Assembly: GCA_965198175.1 (NCBI GenBank)
Contig: OZ240245.1
Span: forward strand, 1,472,001 to 1,536,000
Reading direction: 5' to 3'
From: Candidatus Poribacteria bacterium
Lineage (GTDB): Bacteria > Poribacteria > WGA-4E > PCPOR2b
Length of the DNA stretch: 64,000 bases
In this document: in pieces, positions 9,835-19,742 of the stretch
Position numbering within the stretch: the stretch's first letter is position 1
Layout of the letters: the number at the start of each line of letters is the position of its first letter
Translations under genes and position numbers: made by a program
Notes under the pieces: generated by a model
The model's database searches: none
Told to the model about the DNA's origin: nothing
The model's input: the letters and a program-made list of their open reading frames with translations, nothing else

Positions 9835-10075
9835 CAGATGTTCTCCGTTGCTCACTGCAGTTCAAGGTTCCAAAGCGGGAAGCACAGCTTATCCTTCGAG
9901 TTGTTCTAGACAAACTCGGTTACTTACCGGAGTCAGCGTAATCCGAATCCGCTTTCCCTTTACATCACCACATGGATATCGTATACTTTAACAGATTATG
10001 TCGACTTGTGCAACTCCGAATCCATGCCCGAAGGCCTTCGTATTGCCCATGAATCCGTTCTTACCGGAGAAAAAC

Positions 10076-10465
10076 ATGAAAACTAAAGCAGTCTTCAAAA
10101 CCGCACATCCCTATTTAGATGACGCGATGAACCTGCCCGTCGAGAATGTAGAGGAAGCAATACCTTTCTACGAAACGATCATGGGATTCCAAGTCGCATC
10201 CAGAGGGAATTCACCTCATAAGTCAGTTGTTTTGTCTAGAGACGACATTCAGATTGGATTAGCCGAGAACGGCGGCGATCCATCGCAAGAAGGGTGCTTC
10301 TTTGAAGTCAATGGCGTGGAAGCGGCTTTTAATCAAATGAAAGCCAACGGATTCGACAAGGAGGACCCGGGCTATCGAATTGACATGTACGGAGACACGT
10401 CGTTCAAGGTGTTCTTCGTAATTGCTCCGGACGGGCTCTGCTACTGTCTCGGTCAACGGTTGTGA
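10076..10465 (+). CDS. VOC/glyoxalase family protein
   Basis: LPVENVEEAIPFYETIMGF..FFVIAPDG; GGAG before ATG 10076. Confidence 0.85.
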   Translation: MKTKAVFKTAHPYLDDAMNLPVENVEEAIPFYETIMGFQVASRGNSPHKSVVLSRDDIQIGLAENGGDPSQEGCFFEVNGVEAAFNQMKANGFDKEDPGYRIDMYGDTSFKVFFVIAPDGLCYCLGQRL

Positions 10466-10584
10466 AACCACAAGGCAACCATGCCCAATAAGGACCGCTG
10501 AAGTTAAAATGGTTTTACGTTGTCCGCACCTCTCGATTTTATCTCCATCGGGAATCACCCTCGGGAAGTCGCGTGTCCGGCAAC

Positions 10585-10616
10585 GATTGACAAAAGACCG
10601 GTCAATCTGATATAAT
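10585..10616 (+). promoter_or_regulatory. sigma70 promoter with overlapping inverted repeat, upstream of the metE-like gene
   Basis: TTGACA (10587) and TG-A-TATAAT (10611); GATTGAC-N9-GTCAATC palindrome. Confidence 0.7.
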
Positions 10617-10670
10617 CTGCCAATATCAAGGAATTTTTAAATTTCTTCATCTGAGGGTAAGGGGTATGTC

Positions 10671-11687
10671 ATGGGAAAGATTCTTCCCACTGAACTTGTG
10701 GGCAGTTACGCGCTACCGAGTTGGTTGCACATTGCGATTGAGCGCATAGAGCATCAGGCTGATCTTGGAGAAACCGATATTCGCGAAACGCTGGACGACG
10801 CGGTGAGTATCGCGGTGTTGGATCAAGATCGCGCCGGTTTGGACGTAATTACAGACGGGGAGATGTGCCGCAGGGACTTTATTCAGAACTTTTACGGCCT
10901 TATGACGGGGTTGAAGGTGATAGCGCCTGCACGCCGCTTTGGAGCTGCGGGCTACGATCAGAATCCACGATATGAGGTGGTTGGCGAGGTTTCGGCTCCT
11001 GACGGGCTGGGTATTGTCCCGGAGGTTGAGTATCTCAAGCGCATGACCTCCAAGCCGATTAAAGTTTGTGTTCCGGGACCGATGACACTCGCCTTGCCGT
11101 TGATTGTCAAGGGGGGACATTCGTCCAAGGAAGGCCTGATTGAAGACATGGTCGCTATCGTCAATGCGGAAATGAAGGGATTGGTCGCAGCCGGCGCGGA
11201 TTATTTGCAAATTGACGAGCCGCGCTACGCAACTTCTCAAAGGGATGCGCAGCGATTGGTGGAGCTTTTCAATGCGACCCGCGAGGGTGTCTCGGCACGA
11301 ATTGGTCTGCACCTCTGCTTTGGGAATTTCAAGGGCAGATCACGGGATCGGCGGGACTACGCTGCTATGTTTCCCGCACTGCTGGGTGCACACTGCGATC
11401 AGTTTAATCTTGAGTTCGCCAACCGGGAATTCGCACAAATCGAGTTGCTGTCCCACTTCCACGCTGACCAACAGATTGGCATAGGCGTCATCGACATCAA
11501 GTCATACTTCGTGGAGACTCCGCAGGAGGTGGCTGCGTCGATTCGTTTGGCATTAGAACACACTGCCCCGGAGAATCTTGTCATCATCCCGGACTGCGGC
11601 TTCAACCACTGTCCCCGCCATGTTGCGTTTCGTAAAATCGAAGCGATGGTGGAAGGGGCAGCCTTGGTGCGGCAGGAACTGGGTTGA
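10671..11687 (+). CDS. Cobalamin-independent methionine synthase II family (catalytic domain only)
   Basis: VGSY, DVITDGE, QIDEP, HLCFGN and PDCGF Zn ligands; 338 aa single barrel. Confidence 0.88.
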   Translation: MGKILPTELVGSYALPSWLHIAIERIEHQADLGETDIRETLDDAVSIAVLDQDRAGLDVITDGEMCRRDFIQNFYGLMTGLKVIAPARRFGAAGYDQNPRYEVVGEVSAPDGLGIVPEVEYLKRMTSKPIKVCVPGPMTLALPLIVKGGHSSKEGLIEDMVAIVNAEMKGLVAAGADYLQIDEPRYATSQRDAQRLVELFNATREGVSARIGLHLCFGNFKGRSRDRRDYAAMFPALLGAHCDQFNLEFANREFAQIELLSHFHADQQIGIGVIDIKSYFVETPQEVAASIRLALEHTAPENLVIIPDCGFNHCPRHVAFRKIEAMVEGAALVRQELG

Positions 11688-11819
11688 GCGCCCTATAGTA
11701 GAGGACAACCCATTCGTAGAATTCTCGAATACCGTAAGGAGTTCCTTTCCGCTCTCCAGTCTCCAGCTATACTTCCAACCCTTAAACGCTGTATTCTTAT
11801 ATCTCCGAAAGGGGAACAT

Positions 11820-13769
11820 ATGCTGAACCCGTTTCGCTTTAGGCACTTGTTCGTTGCGGTTCTGTTGGTTTCATGCACAAACGCAGCTTACAGTGAGAAG
11901 TATGCGTCAATTTACCTGAAGAGCGGCGATCGCATCACAGGACGCTGGCTCGGCTCGGATAGCCAAGCCGCTCGGATAAATTTTCACAATCAGGAATTAT
12001 CCATTCCACTCGACGATGTGAACGCTATCCGGTTTGGGGATAATCTCAGTCTCATCCCTGATGCTGATGCCGAAAAGCACTTCCGGAATGGCGAAGCTCT
12101 GTTGGAGTTGGGGCTGCGGGAAGAGGCGAAGCAGAAGTTTCGGGCGGCGATTGAGGCGTTTCCGAAATTTGCCGATGCGCACTTCAAGCTCGGTACGCTT
12201 CTGCAAGAGGAGGGAAATATTGATGAAGCCGTGACATTTTTCGGTTATGTCGCAAAGATTAATCCTGAAGCCTACAACTTGGCGATGCAGTTGAAGGGTG
12301 TGGGCGATACTTACCTCACGGCTGAAGAATACCGTAAAGCAAGCCAAACCTATCTGTTGCTTTTCAACTATTACCCGACCCACCTCGATGCTGAATATGT
12401 AGGTTATACGGCAGGATTTCTATTGGCGGAGCAGCTAGAAGCCAATGAAGAAGCCTTGCAGGTGCTTCAGAGAGCAAAGAGACGTTTTCCGACGAGCCTT
12501 TACTTGGAGAAGACCGACTACGTGATTGGATTGCTGCACTCTAAGATGGGACAATTCGAAACGGCGGTCACCATACTGTCCGAGTTTATAATCAATTATA
12601 GGGAGAGTGAATTGCTTGATGACGCCTATCTCGCGCGCGGGGAGGCACACTTACTATCGAAGCGAAACCTTGAAGCGATAGCCGACTTCGACCATGCGAT
12701 TGAAATCACGCAAGATGGGAAACTAAGGAGCGAAGCCCGAAAGCGGCGTGATGCGTGCGTATGGACGGTTTACAGAGTTTCGGATGGTTTGCCCAGCAAC
12801 CAGATCGAGGCAATTGTCATTGACGGAGATACATTGTGGATAGGTACGCCGAAGGGGTTGGCTCAAGTTGATGTTAGCATCAGCGCGGAATCGTGGCGGT
12901 TGATTGCAGATGGAGTCGATTTAATCAACACCATGTTCGATGGTGCTATCAACGTCCGGACGCTCGCAGTTGATGATGCGGAACTGTGGATTGGGACATT
13001 GAATCACGGTGTGATTCGGTATGACACGTTCACGAGAATTCCTGAAAACTACGACACAAGCGGGGGGTTTCCCCATAATCAGGTGAACGACATTAAAATT
13101 CTCGGGGACGAAGTATGGATTGCTACTTTCTCAGGTGTAGTGCGATTCAATCGATCTAAAGATGAATGGGCGGTGTTCGACAAACGGAATGACGGGTTAC
13201 CGGCTGATGACATCACTGCTCTTGCTGTCACGTCGAAAGCTGTTTGGATTGGGACCTCTGGGCACGGAATTGCACTCTACGACCGGGGACTTGGTTCCTG
13301 GCGGGATTTTGGGGTAAGTGATGGACTGAATCTCAGCGCGGGCAGTTCAATTACCTGCTTTGATGTGTGGCGAGACCGACCTTTCGTCACGTGGTATAAT
13401 GAGCAGAGTAATGGCTACGCAGAGATAGATCAGCAAGGATTCAATAGTCCTGTGCAGCCAGTTGATGCTGTAGGAGATTTGGTGTCGCTTCGAGATATCT
13501 ACATCGCCGTGGGCGAAATCTCGGGCGAGAATGCCGGGAAAACAGAGAAACCGCCCCCCCTGTGGTTGGCGAAGAACGATGTTGTGTACCTCCACAATGC
13601 GGGAAATTGGGAGCCGTTTGAGTTTCCTGCGGTTCAGCTTGGAAACCCGATTGTGAATTGCATTACGCTTGGTGGCGGCGTTGTTTGGGTTGGAACCTCC
13701 AATGGACTCGCCAAACTAGACAGAAACACCTTCGTCAGCGATGAGCAAATCCAGAACGAAGAAGAGTAG
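11820..13769 (+). CDS. Secreted TPR + two-component-regulator-type beta-propeller protein
   Basis: Signal peptide; TPRs (AHFKLG, AYLARG); repeats DGLPSNQI..LWIGT, GFPHNQV..VWIAT, GLPADDI..VWIGT. Confidence 0.85.
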   Translation: MLNPFRFRHLFVAVLLVSCTNAAYSEKYASIYLKSGDRITGRWLGSDSQAARINFHNQELSIPLDDVNAIRFGDNLSLIPDADAEKHFRNGEALLELGLREEAKQKFRAAIEAFPKFADAHFKLGTLLQEEGNIDEAVTFFGYVAKINPEAYNLAMQLKGVGDTYLTAEEYRKASQTYLLLFNYYPTHLDAEYVGYTAGFLLAEQLEANEEALQVLQRAKRRFPTSLYLEKTDYVIGLLHSKMGQFETAVTILSEFIINYRESELLDDAYLARGEAHLLSKRNLEAIADFDHAIEITQDGKLRSEARKRRDACVWTVYRVSDGLPSNQIEAIVIDGDTLWIGTPKGLAQVDVSISAESWRLIADGVDLINTMFDGAINVRTLAVDDAELWIGTLNHGVIRYDTFTRIPENYDTSGGFPHNQVNDIKILGDEVWIATFSGVVRFNRSKDEWAVFDKRNDGLPADDITALAVTSKAVWIGTSGHGIALYDRGLGSWRDFGVSDGLNLSAGSSITCFDVWRDRPFVTWYNEQSNGYAEIDQQGFNSPVQPVDAVGDLVSLRDIYIAVGEISGENAGKTEKPPPLWLAKNDVVYLHNAGNWEPFEFPAVQLGNPIVNCITLGGGVVWVGTSNGLAKLDRNTFVSDEQIQNEEE

Positions 13770-13858
13770 ACGCACAAGTGAACGCACTTTGCCATCGTAC
13801 TCCTCGACTTTCATAGTCGGGATGGGTGGTTCATCGCAATGACTCGAGAGGTCAAAAA

Positions 13859-14452
13859 ATGTATCGCAGACAGTTTGGAATCTGCTTTGTCTTAGTGATG
13901 TGTTTCGGCTTAGCCGGTTGCGTTTGGCTATCAGCGTTATCAACCCAGTGGAGCGAGAATTTCGCGCTCGAAACTTATGGTACCGAAGCCAACCATCCCT
14001 TTATCAATGATGGGAAACTCGATACGGTTGCGATGGTGGGCGGCGGGAATATGCCCCGCGTCTTTACGCTCAAATTTCCCGATGTTCAGAAGGTTCGGAG
14101 GATTATTATCCACAACGATAATCTGTTCTGGTTTCATGTGGATTACTTTGATACTGAGACTTCGGAATGGGAAACTTGCTACTCTATGCGGCAACGGCGG
14201 AATATTGGGAACCAGCGCACGCAACCCCAGTATCTCGTGGATCGGTTAAACGTCGAGACAAATATGATTCGGATTGATGTATCGCGTACTGTTGACGATG
14301 ATGTTGTTCCGAAGCCGATAGCGGAACCGGGTGACAAGGTTGTGAATAGGAAGCTGACGGTTGGTCGGCTTTATATGCCGCATTACCGCGTTATTGCGCA
14401 AGCGCCTGCGAGAATTCGAGAAATCGAAGTGTATCAGCTTGCGGAGCGATGA
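13859..14452 (+). CDS. Putative lipoprotein, discoidin/F5-8-like fold
   Basis: Lipobox LAGC; NFAL..INDG..IREIEVY pattern. Confidence 0.65.
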   Translation: MYRRQFGICFVLVMCFGLAGCVWLSALSTQWSENFALETYGTEANHPFINDGKLDTVAMVGGGNMPRVFTLKFPDVQKVRRIIIHNDNLFWFHVDYFDTETSEWETCYSMRQRRNIGNQRTQPQYLVDRLNVETNMIRIDVSRTVDDDVVPKPIAEPGDKVVNRKLTVGRLYMPHYRVIAQAPARIREIEVYQLAER

Positions 14453-14498
14453 CCGTGATTGGCAAATCCACGCATGAATGCGAAACTGATGCGGATGA

Positions 14499-16343
14499 CT
14501 ACCAGATAACCTGTTTCGTCTCGGGAACAAAACGTGTTTTCTTGACTAGTTTTCCAGTTGGTGTATTTTCATAGAGTGGGTATGCGACGCCCTTCGGATC
14601 GATTGAGACGACATCCGAACCACGTATAACCAGTTTATAGGGAATTTCACCAAGAACCCGATGGACAACGCGTTCCGGTACCGGGAACTTAAGGGTAACT
14701 TGGTCGCCGCGGTTCAGCCAGCCGACTTGTACATAGCGCCCATCAATGAGCGTTCGACGGTCTCGATCACCAACGCTGACGTGAACATCATTTGGATCGC
14801 ACCATTCCGGTATCCGCACGGCTACTGTCGGCGCATCCTTAATGTGCAGCACCACCTTCCCCTCTACTGGTAGGTAGCTATCCACATCGAGCCACTGGGA
14901 AGCGCGATTCAGCAAGAGATTGACTTTCACGAGTCCGTCCGTTTGGGTCACCATCTTGTCCCAAACGCAGTAAAGTGTGCGTGCGCCGTTGGCGGTGCAG
15001 CAGTGCATAATGCTTGATTCTTGCAACTTCGGACCCTCGGGCGTCTGGTTGGTTGTCATCGCTTCATTTGCGCGCATCCAACCAAAAAAGGATCCGACAG
15101 AACGCTCGCGAATGTCATGATCGTCCCGGTATTGGTGATTATCGGGCTCCGAGTTGTAATAACTCTCTGGGATGCGATCGAACAGGCTCACATCGCAGAG
15201 TTGCCCGTTAGCATACACATTGCGAACCCACCGGTCTACATCGTCCCAATAATCGCCTAAACCCGCCTCGGTTAGGTAAAGCGCCAGCCAGACCATATCC
15301 GCTACTTCGCAAATTTCTACTGAGTTTCCGTGTCGATCTAAATGCCAATCTGAACCCGGTTGAGCTTCGGGGTAGAAACCAATCAGCGGATCTCCCATCT
15401 CGCGTGCAAAGCGATAACACGCATCCACACGTTCTAGAACCTCCCGATCGCCGGTGGCGTAACCGTATTCACATACTGCCATCAATGCGTATAGCCCATG
15501 ATGAAAGTGCCAGAACGTGTACTCACCATCTTCGCTGTTAAAGACGCGAGCCAACGCCCAGCGAGCCAATCCCCGGCATAATTCCAGCGCAGGCTCATAT
15601 CCCGTTACCCGATAGAAAAGCCCGGCGCCATGACCTGTCGAACCAATGCAATAAATTATGGTGAACAGATTATCCTTGCTATATAAGCCACCGCCTTCGC
15701 CGTCCATTAAGCCTGGTTCATTTGCACCGATTGGTGGGGTTTCGCCCGGTTCGTATTGCGCTCTCCACAGGAATCGAAAATCACCCTTTTCGCGGGTGAG
15801 CGACAGGATGCGATCGACTTTGCGTTTGCCAATCTCAATCCATCGTGGGTCGTCGTCAATCTGCGCGAGTGTCGACAGCGCTATGAGTTGCCTGCCTTCA
15901 CCCCAGATTTCAGCGAACGGAGTCATTTCTCCACTTTCACCTTCTGCAAAACTGGAGATGCCCATGGAAACTTTGTCGAAAATATCAGTTGGGCAATACG
16001 TCAGCCCATCCTCACCGACAAAACTCAACTGCGCCGCAAGTACCCCTTGATCGACCTCAAGGTTGTGATTGTTCCCAGATGCTAGTCGGCACAACGCCAA
16101 CGCCTCGACGAATTTTGGCGGTATATTCAGGTAGACATCAATCAGATGATTGACGAATAGAACCGCTGGATTTCGGGAGAAATCCACGATAAACTTCAAC
16201 CCCCACTTTGCTTGGGGATCCCAAACGTTCGTTAGTGCGGTAATGGCTAAGCCCATTCTGTCGGCTAAATCGAGTGTGTCCGGCACCTCAGCTTCGTAAC
16301 GTTCACCGAGCGTACATGCCGCCATTGGATTATGATTAAGCAT
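14499..16343 (-). CDS. GH127/GH146-like (beta-L-arabinofuranosidase-like) protein
   Basis: VEICE and HCCTANG motifs; VRIPEW and L..GD.V.L.FP C-terminal sandwich; no signal peptide. Confidence 0.75.
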   Translation of the reverse strand: MLNHNPMAACTLGERYEAEVPDTLDLADRMGLAITALTNVWDPQAKWGLKFIVDFSRNPAVLFVNHLIDVYLNIPPKFVEALALCRLASGNNHNLEVDQGVLAAQLSFVGEDGLTYCPTDIFDKVSMGISSFAEGESGEMTPFAEIWGEGRQLIALSTLAQIDDDPRWIEIGKRKVDRILSLTREKGDFRFLWRAQYEPGETPPIGANEPGLMDGEGGGLYSKDNLFTIIYCIGSTGHGAGLFYRVTGYEPALELCRGLARWALARVFNSEDGEYTFWHFHHGLYALMAVCEYGYATGDREVLERVDACYRFAREMGDPLIGFYPEAQPGSDWHLDRHGNSVEICEVADMVWLALYLTEAGLGDYWDDVDRWVRNVYANGQLCDVSLFDRIPESYYNSEPDNHQYRDDHDIRERSVGSFFGWMRANEAMTTNQTPEGPKLQESSIMHCCTANGARTLYCVWDKMVTQTDGLVKVNLLLNRASQWLDVDSYLPVEGKVVLHIKDAPTVAVRIPEWCDPNDVHVSVGDRDRRTLIDGRYVQVGWLNRGDQVTLKFPVPERVVHRVLGEIPYKLVIRGSDVVSIDPKGVAYPLYENTPTGKLVKKTRFVPETKQVIW

Positions 16344-16795
16344 TCTGTTTTTTCCCTTTCCGACAAAGTAAATTATACAAGTTCGCGGCTGATTCTCTCA
16401 GGCTTAATGCCTGATATGAATTATTTCCTCCCTTAAAGCGGGAAAACAAGCAAAATCTTAAACAGTACTTGAGCAATCGCATTTATTTTATTCGTTTTTT
16501 GCTTTCCGGTCAACAGAAATATTCCAACGCCGTCGATTTCGTTATCGGGACGAGAAAGCCTCTCCTACGGACATTATCAACACTTACCTGACAGTAAATT
16601 CTCCTTGATATATTTAACGTGCTAGTTTATTATAGCTACTGCTCAGACCTGAGTCTCTGTCCACGGCAAGGGAGAAGCTCACCCATCGCCTTACTTACCT
16701 AAGTTACCTTGGACTTAACTTTCTTGTTGCAGCATCGAACTGCCGAACGCTTGACACTCTGATTGCACGTCACGGCGTGCGTTTTCCGTCTCACA

Positions 16796-19675
16796 ATGTT
16801 TCAGATTAATCATCCTCTCTTTTTCTTACTCCTTATTTCTATCCCGCTTGTCCTAGTAATCAACCGCTACACACGGGTTGAAGCTGCACGGTGGCGGCGA
16901 TCAGCTCTGCTTGTGCTTCGAATCGGAGCATTGGTGTGCCTGATTCTTGCCGCTGTCGGTTTACACCAGAAGAGTCGATCGGACATACTCTCCGTGACGT
17001 TTCTCCTTGACGTATCTGACAGCATTCCGCCTTCGCAGCAAGCGGAGGGAGTAGCTCAGATGAACGCTGTCGTCAGTGCGTTAAACCCTACAGATGAGTT
17101 TAGCGTGATTCGATTTGCAGCCCAAGCTTCAATCGCTCTACCTATGCAACCTCTGTTGTCTGCGCCTGCTTTAACGCCGGAGATTCTATCGGATACAGGC
17201 ATCGACCGTGACGGGACTAATATTGCAAGCGCGATTCAATTGGGCATGGTTAGCTTTCCGGAAGCCCGTCAAACCCGACTCGTCTTACTTAGTGATGGGT
17301 TGCAGAACCTCAATGACGCAAAGGAAATATTGAATTTCGTAGAAGCGAGTGGGACAGAGATTTTCACAATTCCGCTGGAATCTAAACGCGAGCATGAAGT
17401 CTGGGTACGAGATTTACAACTGCCATCACAAACCCGATCCGGGGAAATTATTCCGCTCCGTGCGATTGTCGAAAGTACAGCAGACACCCAAGTTACGGCA
17501 CGGCTGTATCGTAACAACGTCCCAGTTTCACCAGCGCAAGTAGTTAAGCTGGAAGCCGGAAAACAGGTTATCGATAATTTTTTGCCACAGCGCATCATCC
17601 AGACACAGAATCATGTGTATCGTGTCGACATCTCTGCACCCAGTGATTCAATTTCTGAAAACAACACTGCTTACGGTTCTATTCGTGTGCGAGGGCATCC
17701 GAGTGTCCTGTACGTGGAAGGTGAGACAGAATATGCCGTCACGTTAGCGACGGTTCTTGAAAATAACCATTTCTCCGTCAAAGTCATCTCTCCATCCGAG
17801 TTTCCAACCGATCTAGCCCTCTTGCGGAGCTATGACACAGTCATATTGAGCAATGTTTCTGCTGATGAACTTTCCGAATCACATATGGTTCTAATCGAAA
17901 GCTATGTCCGTGATTTGGGGAAAGGGCTGGTCGTAATCGGTGGAGATCGCGCTTTCGGCAGGGGTGGTTATCACGATACACCACTTGAGCGCGCACTGCC
18001 CGTGGATATGACACCTAAGCAGCGGAAAGAATCTGTTGCACTTATGCTCGTGGTTGATGCCTCCGGCAGCATGGAGGACTACGTTGGCGCTGATCAGAAG
18101 ATTCAGTTGGCTGTTGAAGGGGTTCGCGCTGCTGTTCGCGTACTTGATGAAGCGGACCGCGTTGGGCTAATCGGGTTCGCGGCAAAACCGCCGATTAAGA
18201 TGGACATCCTCCCTACGACCAATCACGAACTAATCAGCCGTGAAGTTGGGAAGTTATACCCTGGTGGTGGTACGAGAATGTACCCTGCGCTCGAAAGGGC
18301 GCATGCTGTTCTCAAAGGAATTGATGCGAAGCAGAAACACATCATCCTGCTGTCGGACGGCAAATCGGACGGCAAATCGGACGGAGATTTTATTCCTTTA
18401 GCCAGGCGGATTGCCGCCGATCAGATTGCTGTGACAACAATCGCCATTGGCGATGCCGGTGCACAATTGTTAATGCAAGCGATTGCTAATGAGGGGCAGG
18501 GAAATTACAAATACGTGCGAAACGTGAGTCAATTGCCGAAGGTATTCGTAAACGCCGTGAGACAGACGCAGAAATACACGATACAGCAGCTGTTTCAACC
18601 CATTATCAGCAAGGCAGGAAGTCCAATCTTAGCGGGGATTGACCAGCTTCCGAGGCTCTACGGCTATATTGCGACATCGGAAAAGGAGCAGGCACAGGTT
18701 TACATCCGTTCTCACGAAGAACATCCGATTCTCACTGCATGGAGTTACGGACTCGGCAGAACTGTCGCTTTTACATCCGATGTCAAGCGAGGTTGGGGAG
18801 CTGACTGGATTGAGTGGGAAAATTTTGGGAAGTTCTGGGGTCAAGTGGTCAATTGGGTGTTGCCAGCCATTGATGGATGCGGTGAGTTCGATCTCCACGT
18901 TTCTCATCGCGACGGCAGGGGGCAGGTTGTAATTGATGACTTCGACGCGGCTCGCTCAGTCCGGTATCATGAAGGGAAAGTTGGGGAAAAGGTTAACAAT
19001 ACAGAAGGGTTTGGCGGGCGTGTTGCCCGACCAGGTGGCGGTGGAGAATCGATTGACTTGCAACGTGTCACGCCGACACGGTACGAGGGGAGTTTCCCGA
19101 GTGGAGAGCTCGGAGCCTACCACCTTACCGTGGGTGAAAAACGAAACGGGGAGATTAAAAGTTCGCGGCATGCGAGCCTTGTCGTTTCGTACCCTGCGGA
19201 ATACGCTGAGTTCAAGAGCAATCGGCAGTTGCTAGCTGAAATTTCCAAGCGAACCGACGGAATTTATGAACCGTCGTCAGACCAGATTGCGGAACGTTCT
19301 GGAAAAGGGGTAGAGCACCTGAAGCCGCTATCGGGCGTTATGTTAGGGGCAAGCGTTTTGTTGTTTGTCCTTGAGGTGATGCTCCGCCGCTTAACAGTTG
19401 CAAGCGGCTACCTATCTGAGCTTCGGGCACAGTTGCGTGTACTCCGACGGCGAGAGCACGGTGCGTCGCCACCGGCGCTCGCACGTTTGAGCCAGACAAA
19501 GTCCGTTCTGCGTCAGCCAACTCGAACACGAGCAGTTCAGCAGAGGCTGGTTCGGGCAGATGCTGTTTCAACGGGACAGACATTTGCAAACGTGAGTGTG
19601 CAGCCGCAGATTGGAGACGGAACGGGACGTTTGCTGGCAGTCAAAAGGCGTGCCAGATCGGGTAGAGTAAGGTAA
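16796..19675 (+). CDS. Membrane-anchored double-VWA + glutamine-amidotransferase-like domain protein
   Basis: N-terminal TMs; MIDAS motifs DVSDS and DASGSM; YDTVILSNV..GKGLVVIGG; YGLGRTVAFTSD; C-terminal TM. Confidence 0.88.
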   Translation: MFQINHPLFFLLLISIPLVLVINRYTRVEAARWRRSALLVLRIGALVCLILAAVGLHQKSRSDILSVTFLLDVSDSIPPSQQAEGVAQMNAVVSALNPTDEFSVIRFAAQASIALPMQPLLSAPALTPEILSDTGIDRDGTNIASAIQLGMVSFPEARQTRLVLLSDGLQNLNDAKEILNFVEASGTEIFTIPLESKREHEVWVRDLQLPSQTRSGEIIPLRAIVESTADTQVTARLYRNNVPVSPAQVVKLEAGKQVIDNFLPQRIIQTQNHVYRVDISAPSDSISENNTAYGSIRVRGHPSVLYVEGETEYAVTLATVLENNHFSVKVISPSEFPTDLALLRSYDTVILSNVSADELSESHMVLIESYVRDLGKGLVVIGGDRAFGRGGYHDTPLERALPVDMTPKQRKESVALMLVVDASGSMEDYVGADQKIQLAVEGVRAAVRVLDEADRVGLIGFAAKPPIKMDILPTTNHELISREVGKLYPGGGTRMYPALERAHAVLKGIDAKQKHIILLSDGKSDGKSDGDFIPLARRIAADQIAVTTIAIGDAGAQLLMQAIANEGQGNYKYVRNVSQLPKVFVNAVRQTQKYTIQQLFQPIISKAGSPILAGIDQLPRLYGYIATSEKEQAQVYIRSHEEHPILTAWSYGLGRTVAFTSDVKRGWGADWIEWENFGKFWGQVVNWVLPAIDGCGEFDLHVSHRDGRGQVVIDDFDAARSVRYHEGKVGEKVNNTEGFGGRVARPGGGGESIDLQRVTPTRYEGSFPSGELGAYHLTVGEKRNGEIKSSRHASLVVSYPAEYAEFKSNRQLLAEISKRTDGIYEPSSDQIAERSGKGVEHLKPLSGVMLGASVLLFVLEVMLRRLTVASGYLSELRAQLRVLRRREHGASPPALARLSQTKSVLRQPTRTRAVQQRLVRADAVSTGQTFANVSVQPQIGDGTGRLLAVKRRARSGRVR
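18353..18384 (+). repeat. 12-bp in-frame tandem repeat (TCGGACGGCAAA x2.7)
   Basis: Directly visible; encodes SDGKSDGKSDG. Confidence 0.9.
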
Positions 19676-19742
19676 CATGTTTGTCCACAACTTTGATAAC
19701 TTGGATTAGGAGGTATGAACTCTCTGCATTTAAAACCTTGTC

